Source of the DNA: a virus
Lineage: Duplodnaviria; Caudoviricetes
IMG/VR virus record: IMGVR_UViG_3300024286_000008
Coordinates: 1 to 46,430 of that record
Length of the DNA stretch: 46,430 nt
Direction: 5' to 3' (one strand)
The notes beneath the pieces are model-generated. The model saw only the letters and a program-made list of their open reading frames with translations. It ran no database searches and was not told where the DNA came from. Positions 38,378 to 46,430 of the stretch are shown piece after piece. Each line of letters starts with the position of its first letter. Positions within the stretch are counted from its first letter, which is position 1. Position numbers and translations under genes: made by a program.

Positions 38378-38813
38378 CCTTACCCCCCATTGGGTCAGGT
38401 CTATGTCCGACAATCTCTGTAAAACTGTTGACAGCCCACTCTGTCATTTCCACACCCTGGGCTGTCAGATTGTCGCGCAATTGGCGAAAAAATCGAGAGT
38501 AGAAACTTGACACGTCACCAGAAACGTCCTTAACAACCTTGATAAAATGCAAGCCTAGTTCTGCTTTTTCGTGCTGGTCAGGGTCAGTCCTAGCAGCCTT
38601 AAAACGCATGCCAGCTCTGTTAGTGGGGTCAGTGTCTGGCTGCAATGCACCCCACTCAGGCAGGACTGTAATCCAGGACCCTGCCTCTTTTGAGACTGTG
38701 ATGAGCACACCCCCACAGTTATGCCTGTGCAAAACCTCCAGCAACTCCCTGTTTACTGTCTCACGCAAAAACCGCTGGGCCTCATTGTCGTGGTTGTACT
38801 TGCTAAAGCTCAT
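38370..38813 (-). CDS. Hypothetical protein
   Basis: ATG 38813 overlaps the end of TerL; operon packing. Confidence 0.65.
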   Translation of the reverse strand: MSFSKYNHDNEAQRFLRETVNRELLEVLHRHNCGGVLITVSKEAGSWITVLPEWGALQPDTDPTNRAGMRFKAARTDPDQHEKAELGLHFIKVVKDVSGDVSSFYSRFFRQLRDNLTAQGVEMTEWAVNSFTEIVGHRPDPMGGKVD

Positions 38814-40356
38814 CACCCTCATCCTCCTCAGGGTCTCCATAAAAAAACCTGTTGTCTACTGACCTGTTAGGGTCTCGGATGTCCGAGTCCCAGGCAGATG
38901 GATTGACCCTGTGTGTGTCCAAATCCATCACTACACCTGACAGAACGTCCACACAATCATCATGAGGCCTTTTCGACATGGGCAGTCCCAGGGCTGGGGG
39001 GAAGGATTCTATTTCATTGAAAAACTCAGCCCATTCCAGGTCATTGCCCACCACCCAGAGCTCCCCTGAGTAAGCCAGCTGGCTGGGCAGGGTGGCATAT
39101 TCACGTTTGCTTTTGACCTGAGGCCCCAGCACCACGCCAATGCCCTTACGATTGAGGATCCTTTTCATGCGCTGGGCCTGGTCAAGGCCTGCCTGGGCAG
39201 GGTCTACCCACAGCCCCACCAGCACTCGAGGGCCATCCTCCTGGGCCTGTCGGACGATCGCTGCCTCGATTGCTCCAGGTGCATCCCTGTAGCTGGCCAA
39301 GTCCTGGAGCACGATCCTGCCCCTGTCATGTACGTGGATGGGCCTGGTCAGCCCTGCCAGGAGGCCCCGAGTCCAGTCAGGGTTACCCTCACGCCTGGCT
39401 CGAAAATCCAAGGGCCTGGGCACGCTGGGGACCAGGTTGCCCACCATCGGAGTAGCAGCTCTGTCCCACCACCTGACCTGCCTGGAGAAAACCAAGGCCC
39501 TGGCCTCAACTGGCTCCAGCTTGGGGAACCAGCCACGCTGGAACATGTCCCCAGCACCCTCCCTGATACGCCAGTTGCCCTTGAGCATGCGTGCCTGGAG
39601 TATCGGGGGCAGGTTTTTTAGTTTTGTCAGGTAGGTTTTATCCAACTCCAGGAGCTTGCGATTGTCAGTGACCTTGGATGCGATAAACGTGACTGAGACC
39701 GTGGCATCCCCAGACCCCAGGGCCAGGAGCTCCTCCCTGGTGTCAGCCCAGAGCATCTCCCCACTGGGTTTACGCCAAAAATAGCGCTTGACCCCATCCC
39801 TCTCAGGTACGGGGTAGCCATCAGGCCCTATCCACCAGTCAATGAGCTCAGTCAGGACAAAACTGTCAGGATCTGGATTGCATGTAAGCAAAAACCGTCT
39901 TGGCACACCTGAAGTAGTGCGCAGCCGGGAAAACAAAAACCAAAACTGGTCTGAGGTAAAGTGGCAGGCCTCATCAAAGCAGATTCGAGCATAGGCCTTG
40001 GACTGGTGCTGCCTCACGTCCTGGGAGTGCTGCAGGTGCCTGGCCTCGACACGTGCACCCCCTGGAAACTTCCATTCGAGCACAGGGCTTTGTCTGCTCA
40101 CAGCCCCAAAGTACGGATAAAAGCCCTCCATCTCAGACCAGATGGAGCCTGAGCCTGTGAGCTCTGGGCTGGTACGTCGAAAAGCTATCCCGCCATAGCC
40201 CTTGACGTGCCCATATTTGCCCAAGTCATAGACCGCTAACCAGGACTTGCCACCACCTGCAGCACCCCCATAAACCAAAATATCAGCATCTGATTCCGCT
40301 GCCTTGGTCTGGGGCCCTGGCTGGGCATCTATGGTTATCTCGCTGGGGCTGGGCAT
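38803..40356 (-). CDS. terL: Terminase large subunit
   Basis: QPGPQ, YGGAAGGGKS, ICFDE, TCNP, RWWD, HDDCVD. Confidence 0.95.
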   Translation of the reverse strand: MPSPSEITIDAQPGPQTKAAESDADILVYGGAAGGGKSWLAVYDLGKYGHVKGYGGIAFRRTSPELTGSGSIWSEMEGFYPYFGAVSRQSPVLEWKFPGGARVEARHLQHSQDVRQHQSKAYARICFDEACHFTSDQFWFLFSRLRTTSGVPRRFLLTCNPDPDSFVLTELIDWWIGPDGYPVPERDGVKRYFWRKPSGEMLWADTREELLALGSGDATVSVTFIASKVTDNRKLLELDKTYLTKLKNLPPILQARMLKGNWRIREGAGDMFQRGWFPKLEPVEARALVFSRQVRWWDRAATPMVGNLVPSVPRPLDFRARREGNPDWTRGLLAGLTRPIHVHDRGRIVLQDLASYRDAPGAIEAAIVRQAQEDGPRVLVGLWVDPAQAGLDQAQRMKRILNRKGIGVVLGPQVKSKREYATLPSQLAYSGELWVVGNDLEWAEFFNEIESFPPALGLPMSKRPHDDCVDVLSGVVMDLDTHRVNPSAWDSDIRDPNRSVDNRFFYGDPEEDEGDEL

Positions 40357-41126
40357 AAATCGAATACTGTGGGTGTGGGGACGGGCAGCACACGAAAGAG
40401 GTACTCGGTAGCACGCCTGGAGGCAGTGCCAGCGTGCCAGCGATTGTCAATTACGCGTAGCTTAGCGTAGGACCATACGTGCTCATGAGGTACGGGGCAG
40501 ACATGCTCACTAACAAGTACTGTCGTGTACCTGGCCCATTCCTGACACCGTCCCCAAAACCGGGAATGGTCAAAGGGTGGTGTGCCGGAATAGCCCTTGG
40601 TACCAAAGTACGGTGGATCGCAGTAAACAAGGCAAGGTGTGGATACAGGGTCTGGCTCGATAAAGTCCCCCAGCGCAATACCAAAGCCAGTAAGCCGATC
40701 TAGTAGACGAAGTGTGGAGGCTGCAGCTGCTGCAGGATTATTTACCCAGCGCTTTCCACTTTCTGGCCCACTCAGAGCAACACGATCACGTTTTTGCTCC
40801 AAACCGGAAAAATAGATTCCATACATAGAACAACCAAAGCCCACAAAGGCCTTAAGGGGGTCGCGATCCGGTAAACTACGTGCTGTCAGCCACTGCTCAC
40901 GGTCAACTGCCTCTGGTGGCCTCCAGCCAGCACGATAGCCAAGGTACAGGGATATCAAAGCTGGGTGAACGTCTGACAACAGGCCTCTGCAATCTGTCAG
41001 CATGCGACTAAAGCCTAACCCACCACAGAAAGGCTCCCACACCAGGTGGTTATGGGCCTGGATATATGGCTCCATAGCAGCCCGTAATGGCCTGGCTATT
41101 CTGTGTTTGCCCCCTAGGTAATTCAT
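40335..41126 (-). CDS. Dam/D12-class N6-adenine DNA methyltransferase
   Basis: YLGGK, EPFCGG, YCDPPY, FDH, LVSE. Confidence 0.92.
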   Translation of the reverse strand: MNYLGGKHRIARPLRAAMEPYIQAHNHLVWEPFCGGLGFSRMLTDCRGLLSDVHPALISLYLGYRAGWRPPEAVDREQWLTARSLPDRDPLKAFVGFGCSMYGIYFSGLEQKRDRVALSGPESGKRWVNNPAAAAASTLRLLDRLTGFGIALGDFIEPDPVSTPCLVYCDPPYFGTKGYSGTPPFDHSRFWGRCQEWARYTTVLVSEHVCPVPHEHVWSYAKLRVIDNRWHAGTASRRATEYLFRVLPVPTPTVFDLCPAPAR

Positions 41127-41165
41127 AAATCCAAGAGGCTACCCCACCGTAGCCCTTGCCCCCTA

Positions 41166-42167
41166 TCAGATCTCATCCTCCTGGGCATCATCTGACAAGT
41201 CGGTTATGTCATCCTCCTCCAGGATGCTGTGCACGGCTGCATCCACAGCCTCACGCACTGCAGAGGCCCTGGCTCCTACGCCCCCAGGCCCCGAAGTGGA
41301 GGGAATGCAAATCTCGATAGGGATAGTCACACACACCTGCCCGTCCTGAGGGTCAGCCTCAGGGTCTGGCTCTGGCTCTGGCTCTGGCTCAGGATCTGGT
41401 GGGTCGATATTTGCGTCGATAACGGTCACACGTGGCTGAGGGTTTTCCTCTGGCATAACACTTTCCCATTCTTTCAAAAGACCCAGGGCACGTGCCTCAC
41501 CCTCCAGGTCTGAAAACGTTTTTATAAGCTTGCCCCCATCCTCTCTGGAGACAATACCCCAGAGCTGCTGCACATGGTCCCAATAGAGGGAGCATTGGAC
41601 GCGTTTGAGGGTCCTACGCATGCGAGCAATCAGGGTCCTACGGCCCACCAGCACCCTGTCAGGGGGTGGGGGCAGCAAGACGGTCTGGGTGGCGGCTGGA
41701 GCCTGGGCCTCCTCCCTCTCCCCCTGCAGCCTGTCGGCTGCCTGCACCATGGCCAGGAGCGTGTGCAGGGGCATCTGGTAGCCCGCACTGGCACGCCTGT
41801 GGGTGCGTCCCTGGAGGATGCTGTAAATCGCAGCCCCGGACACCTGCAGGGTCTGGGAGATGCTAGCCACACTCGAGTTGCCTGAGAGGTACAGGGCACG
41901 CACCCAGGCTGCTGCCATGTCCGTGATCTTGGCATTGGGCCTGGGGGCCCAGACGTGCCCCCTGTGGCTCCAGTGCTGGGGCCCTCTTCGGCTGGCGTAC
42001 GCATCAAACTCGCTTTTTATGCTGCTGGTGGCCGCAGTGTCCCTGTCCTTGGTTTTATCAAGAAACTGCCTGAGCTTGCCTACCTCCAGCAAGGCCTCTG
42101 GTGTGCGTTGTAGCCCCATTCTCCAGGCTTTACGCACATTCTGCACACTTTGCAAGAAAGATCTCAC
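41166..42167 (-). CDS. DNA-binding protein with HNH-associated-type HTH and acidic (PE)n tail
   Basis: PNAKIT...VRALY..G.SSVASIS..LQVS..AIYSILQGRT; (TCTGGC)4 at 41365-41388. Confidence 0.65.
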   Translation of the reverse strand: MRSFLQSVQNVRKAWRMGLQRTPEALLEVGKLRQFLDKTKDRDTAATSSIKSEFDAYASRRGPQHWSHRGHVWAPRPNAKITDMAAAWVRALYLSGNSSVASISQTLQVSGAAIYSILQGRTHRRASAGYQMPLHTLLAMVQAADRLQGEREEAQAPAATQTVLLPPPPDRVLVGRRTLIARMRRTLKRVQCSLYWDHVQQLWGIVSREDGGKLIKTFSDLEGEARALGLLKEWESVMPEENPQPRVTVIDANIDPPDPEPEPEPEPDPEADPQDGQVCVTIPIEICIPSTSGPGGVGARASAVREAVDAAVHSILEEDDITDLSDDAQEDEI

Positions 42168-42266
42168 ATAGCCTGGATTGGCTAGTTCGGAGGATCGGAT
42201 GGGCTAAAAATCAAAAACCCCAGCCAGAGGCCAGGGTTTTTGCTGAGGGCAGGATGGGCTGGGAGG

Positions 42267-42641
42267 TCAGCCCTCCACCAGGGCCAGTATCTTTGGATTG
42301 CCCAGGATAAAGGCCCTGGAGGTCTCGTGGTCACAGAGGTCGCAGTCAGCCAGCCGCACCCACTGCCCCAGGCCATCAGCATACCTAACACGCACTGTGT
42401 GCCCATTGAGCTCAGTGACCAGCGCTTTTTCCCCGATCACACTGACCACGGAATGCTTGATTATCGAGGGCTTTTGCAGGGCCTGTGCTGTCAGACCGGC
42501 TGCTGCCTCACGATCGTCTGCCTGCTGGCGAAAAGCCTGTGCAAGCTCATGCTGGCCTGCATCAAAGGCCTTGGCTGCACACTCACGCTTTACCTGGGCC
42601 TCAGCTCTCAAGGACTCGATACTGGATGTGGACTTGGACAT
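42267..42641 (-). CDS. Hypothetical protein
   Basis: GAGAGG RBS upstream; 124 aa. Confidence 0.6.
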   Translation of the reverse strand: MSKSTSSIESLRAEAQVKRECAAKAFDAGQHELAQAFRQQADDREAAAGLTAQALQKPSIIKHSVVSVIGEKALVTELNGHTVRVRYADGLGQWVRLADCDLCDHETSRAFILGNPKILALVEG

Positions 42642-42707
42642 ACCGATAGCCTCTCAAAAATCAGAACACGTGTCTATGCATCAAAGATGAAAAATGGGAG
42701 CTAGGCC

Positions 42708-42974
42708 TCACTGCACAGCCGCTGCCACGGCATCGCATTTGCGCAGGGCTGCACCACTATGGATGGCCTCCTGCAACAGGTCCATGGCCACCCTGTCCCT
42801 CCTGGCTGCAGCCTCATGCAGGAGCCCCTGGAGCTGGGCCACGCAATGGGCCCGGGCTGCCTGCTGGCGTTGCTGGGTCTGCTGCCTGGCCTGCTGGAGC
42901 TCCAGCTCCTCCTCACGCCAAATCTGCACCCCGAGCAAGGAAACAACACCCACCACAAAAACGAGATACTTCAT
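42708..42974 (-). CDS. Small membrane-anchored coiled-coil protein
   Basis: N-terminal hydrophobic helix MKYLVFVVGVVSLLGV, then a Gln/Ala-rich helix. Confidence 0.6.
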   Translation of the reverse strand: MKYLVFVVGVVSLLGVQIWREEELELQQARQQTQQRQQAARAHCVAQLQGLLHEAAARRDRVAMDLLQEAIHSGAALRKCDAVAAAVQ

Positions 42975-43007
42975 AAAGTGAGTATCCAGCTGGTGCAGTG
43001 TGGGTGT

Positions 43008-43559
43008 CTAGCCCTCCAAGTCCAAGCCCACCCCCCTGAGTATGATCGTGGCCTTGGGCATGTCGGCTGCTGAGTCTCGGAGCTCTTTGGGTGCATCAAA
43101 GTGTCTGAGGATCATATCTAACAGGCTTGCTTTCTTCGTAAACCAGTATTTCCATGCCACTGTGGTGCCCTCCATCGTCACCACAGGCTCGATACGCTCC
43201 AAGCACGCAGCCAGATCGTCTGGCAGCTCCCAGGGGGGCAGCTGACTCCCATTCCGAAAGGCCGTCCGGGGGTCAGCACATATCATGCGCCACAGGAGCA
43301 GCATGACATTGTCACGTACATCTGCATGCCTCTCACGTCTCTCCCGGAGCATGTCTCCGAGGGCAGCACGCACACGGTCAATCTTGAGCCAACGGGCCCC
43401 CATACCAGCGGGCATGTTGCAGGCCTCCTCTGCTGCCTTTACCGAGAAGTTAGGATCTGACATCAGAGCAGACAGGAAACTGTATTGCTCGTTTGATAGT
43501 TGTGACTTGGTCAACGCATCGGCTGCTGAGTCTCTGGTCTGCTGCTGGCCCACGGGCAT
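43008..43559 (-). CDS. terS: Terminase small subunit
   Basis: LSNEQYSF...NFSVKAA...GARWLK...VRAAL HTH pattern, ADPR.AF, K..LL.MI.RH; ATG 43559 with AGGAG RBS. Confidence 0.75.
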   Translation of the reverse strand: MPVGQQQTRDSAADALTKSQLSNEQYSFLSALMSDPNFSVKAAEEACNMPAGMGARWLKIDRVRAALGDMLRERRERHADVRDNVMLLLWRMICADPRTAFRNGSQLPPWELPDDLAACLERIEPVVTMEGTTVAWKYWFTKKASLLDMILRHFDAPKELRDSAADMPKATIILRGVGLDLEG

Positions 43560-43954
43560 AGATCGTAGCTCCTGGCAAGTAAAAACGCCTGACCTATACC
43601 ATGGCCATTTGTTCAGATAAATAGCCCGGATGGGCTGGCCTGGGGCCTGCCTTGGCTGTGGCAAAAAAGCACGAGATGCCGCTCTTTATCACGTTTGATA
43701 GCACTTTAGGACCGTAAGGAGCACACGTATACACTAAATTACCAGAACAAAACCCACAATTATAGCCAATTCAGGCTATTCGCAAAAATGTTTTTTGGTA
43801 TATTATGAAATATATAAAAGCAAAATATCATAAAACCACCTGCTTTACCATGTTCTGCACTTGATACCTGCAATATCTGTGTGCTCCTTACGGACTTCCA
43901 ACAAGAAATTATAGTAAGGATCACATTCTTCCCTGGCCGCCACATGCATAAACC
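43560..43954. promoter_or_regulatory. AT-rich divergent control region between late (-) and early (+) arms
   Basis: Visibly the most AT-rich stretch (43780-43835); palindromes TATCA-N4-TGATA (43687-43700) and TAGCC-N6-GGCTA (43763-43778). Confidence 0.65.
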
Positions 43955-44866
43955 ATGCCAGACAAACCAAAGCCCGTATCGCTGAAATTGCTTGACAACC
44001 TAGACAGACTGGAGATGTCGGAGGAGCTGTTAGCCAGGATCACCACACCCCCTGTGGACAACAGGCGTGCAGCCCCTGGACACCATCTGCACAAAACCAG
44101 GGTGTCAGTACAGTTTCGTCTCCCCCTGCCACTGCACACCTGGATTACAGATGTGATCCTGGAGAAGTCAGGCTGGGGCTGGAGGCAGTTCTGTGAATCA
44201 GCCGTGTTAGCAGCCCTGTCACCCCAATGGGTGCACCCCACATGGCACGTGAATTTCGTATTACTTGGCATGCATGGTGCCGTGGTTGACTCCTCACGCA
44301 TGCACAATTTCACACCATTCCAAGATCTCATCCCTGACAATCGTGGTGCGAACAAAAACCTAAATCCATTTGATTGGAGTGCCCAGCACCTGTTATTCCC
44401 CAGCCCACCACAGGGCAGGACGCCAAAAACCAAATACTACGGGCTGGTCAACTATGCCTGGTCCGGGCACCAGCATTGGTTCTGTGACCAGCTGACACGC
44501 ATTACACCCCCTTACACGTACAGTGAGAGAGCCAAACGTGTTGGGGAGTTTCAAATGAGCGTGTCGGACCTTGTGAGACAGTGTGTGATTGCCCACTTCG
44601 TTGCTGGGGGCATTCCAGCAGCCCGAGAGGCCATTTTCCAATTGTGGCGGGAGTACGTGGGAATTCGCCTTGGCGTGTCTCCAAGCCCCTTGCCTACAGT
44701 GGACGCAATCATGCGATACATGATAGAGCGCAGGATCTGTAACAGTAACCACTCAAACGTACGACTCTGGGATGCCATCGTGGAACCATTCCAACAGTAC
44801 CAGCAGTTTGAGTGCCAATTCTGGCACCCCAGCGTTGTCAAGCAATTCGTGCCACTCCAGCTCTAG
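43955..44866 (+). CDS. Hypothetical protein, possible regulator with ribbon-helix-helix-like segments
   Basis: 303-aa first gene of the early arm; SVQFRLP and MSVSDLVRQCV segments. Confidence 0.65.
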   Translation: MPDKPKPVSLKLLDNLDRLEMSEELLARITTPPVDNRRAAPGHHLHKTRVSVQFRLPLPLHTWITDVILEKSGWGWRQFCESAVLAALSPQWVHPTWHVNFVLLGMHGAVVDSSRMHNFTPFQDLIPDNRGANKNLNPFDWSAQHLLFPSPPQGRTPKTKYYGLVNYAWSGHQHWFCDQLTRITPPYTYSERAKRVGEFQMSVSDLVRQCVIAHFVAGGIPAAREAIFQLWREYVGIRLGVSPSPLPTVDAIMRYMIERRICNSNHSNVRLWDAIVEPFQQYQQFECQFWHPSVVKQFVPLQL

Positions 44867-44900
44867 CCCAAGTACCAAGCATATAAACCAAGGGGGATAT

Positions 44901-45389
44901 TTGATTTATACACCGTGCAACATCTGCGGCAGTCCAGCCTTGCCCGTATTCCTAACCGTGCAGTGCACCAGGCCAGGATGCCCAAACTACCTGCATCCTC
45001 GACACCCAGCAGGGCCCCAGCCAGCTGGCAGCTGGCAGTGGGCATGCCAGGAGTATGATCTGGGCTATGTGCTCTGTTACTACCAGCCCTGTGCCCTAAA
45101 CGTGACTTGCCCCGTGAGCCCCTATGCCATCCACCAGGCTGACTCTGAGGCCCTGAGCTTGACGTGGTATTACCTCTGGCTGTCCGATTCCCTGGAGCTC
45201 CAGGATCCCAGGGTCACAGCTGCCCTGCAGCCAGGCAGCTACACATGGGCCCTCAACCAATGTGCACGTGGCAAGCGTTTGGGATTCAAAGACCCAGACA
45301 ACGCCACACCTAACACTCTTTTTATCCATGCACCCACACGGCACTTTGGCCTCAAAGTGCACACTGTGATCTGGCAGGTGGTGCCCTGA
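44901..45389 (+). CDS. Hypothetical protein with N-terminal Zn ribbon
   Basis: CNIC...CTRPGC; TTG 44901 after AGGGGGA. Confidence 0.55.
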   Translation: MIYTPCNICGSPALPVFLTVQCTRPGCPNYLHPRHPAGPQPAGSWQWACQEYDLGYVLCYYQPCALNVTCPVSPYAIHQADSEALSLTWYYLWLSDSLELQDPRVTAALQPGSYTWALNQCARGKRLGFKDPDNATPNTLFIHAPTRHFGLKVHTVIWQVVP

Positions 45390-45471
45390 GCCCAAATGTC
45401 AAGATAAATAACCTCATCCTGCCCCCACTGCAGATCTTGCATTTTCCAAAAACCAGGGGCAGGGTGCAGGC

Positions 45472-46430
45472 GTGCACTCAGTCCCCTTCTCGCTTGTGCG
45501 CAGCATCCACAGCACCCAGGTGCACCCAGTGGAGATGGGCTGGGAGGAGCTGGTGGGATGGTTACGCACTGAGCACTCACACAGTGGCCCAAAAGAGGAG
45601 CTGCAGGGCTGGATACCTGCCCAATTCAATGAGCCAGTCCGGGGTGAGCAAAATGTCAAGTGGGTCACTGCTGGGGTCCTGGACATGGACAAGGCCTCAC
45701 CAGCAGAGCTGCAGCAGCTCCATCATCGGCTGCAGGCCTGTCAACTCGATTACGTTTGGCATACCAGCTTTAGGCATCTCAGGACGTGTGGGGACAAAGC
45801 CCACGATACGGGCTGCCCCGAGACTTGCCCCAGGCCACGCCTCCCCAAGTACCGGTTTGTAATCCGCCTATCCAAACCTGTCGCTGCCACGCAGTGGCCC
45901 CGGATATGGGCAGGGCTGGCTGAGCTGGTCCCTGGTCTCGACACCCAGTGCAGGGACCCTGGCAGGCTCTACTTTGTACCAGCCAGGATGCCCGGAGCTC
46001 CCTGGGAGTCAGGCAGCCATGAGGGTGGCCTGGGTCTGGATGTAGATGCCATCCTGGCCCACGTGGTGGAGACCCAGGCCCCTGCCCGTGCCCTGAGCCT
46101 GGTGGGAGACGCTCCCACCCTCAAGGGCTGGCTGACCCTGGGCAAGCGTAACGCTGGAGGGCAGTCAGCAGCCCGTGCTCTGGGTGGCAGGGCAATGGTG
46201 GCCCTGGCAGAGGCCAAGGGGGAGGCCTTTGCCCCAGAGGGTCAGAGGGACACAGCCCTGTACCAGGTGGGGGCTATCCTGGCAGGCCAGTACCCCCACA
46301 CAGAGCCTGCCTTGCTGGTGGCCCCCATCCGAGAGGAGCTGGTCAGGCAAACCCAAGGCGAAAAGTGGCAGGAGGGCACAGCCCCTGATGAGCTTGAGGA
46401 GAAAATCCGCCGCCACCAGGCAGAGGTCAA
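45472..46430 (+). CDS. Primase-polymerase/SF3 helicase, N-terminal AEP and PriCT-like part (joins 1..1575; about 795 aa total)
   Basis: Manual translation: GVLDMD, WHTSFRH, PKYRFVIRLSKPV, CRDPGRLYFVP, EGQRDTALY; no stop to the window end; absent from the ORF track. Confidence 0.85.
   Translation, partial: MHSVPFSLVRSIHSTQVHPVEMGWEELVGWLRTEHSHSGPKEELQGWIPAQFNEPVRGEQNVKWVTAGVLDMDKASPAELQQLHHRLQACQLDYVWHTSFRHLRTCGDKAHDTGCPETCPRPRLPKYRFVIRLSKPVAATQWPRIWAGLAELVPGLDTQCRDPGRLYFVPARMPGAPWESGSHEGGLGLDVDAILAHVVETQAPARALSLVGDAPTLKGWLTLGKRNAGGQSAARALGGRAMVALAEAKGEAFAPEGQRDTALYQVGAILAGQYPHTEPALLVAPIREELVRQTQGEKWQEGTAPDELEEKIRRHQAEV
46285..46430. repeat. Terminal direct repeat, copy 2
   Basis: Matches 1-146 with one mismatch. 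Confidence 0.97.

Noticed and set aside
28-46430. Alternative genetic code or stop-codon reassignment
   Set aside because: Core genes are full length under the standard code, and TAA, TAG and TGA all terminate genes

Overview
The window is a complete, circularly permuted ~46.3 kb temperate phage genome: bases 1-146 repeat at 46285-46430 with one mismatch. The + strand arm (43955 through the junction to 12397) encodes autonomous replication and recombination: AEP primase-polymerase/SF3 helicase split across the junction, Cas4/RecB-like exonuclease, SF2 helicase, SSB-like protein, family A DNA polymerase, phage Dam-type MTase, RuvC-like resolvase, excisionase and tyrosine integrase, followed by a probable attP. 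The - strand arm (43559 to 12636) encodes TerS, a second adenine MTase, TerL, an accessory/fibre block, and a full Mu-like head and contractile tail. I found no transposase, CI-like repressor or endolysin. The most unusual items are: a stand-alone paralog of the integrase arm-binding domain translationally coupled to int; a 111-nt multi-hairpin element inside the attP region; a MuF protein with a HEXXH C-terminal domain plus a coupled small gene; an inverted fibre-adaptor gene; recurrent operator-like motifs; and apparent CpG depletion. All family calls come from motif recognition by eye, not database searches.
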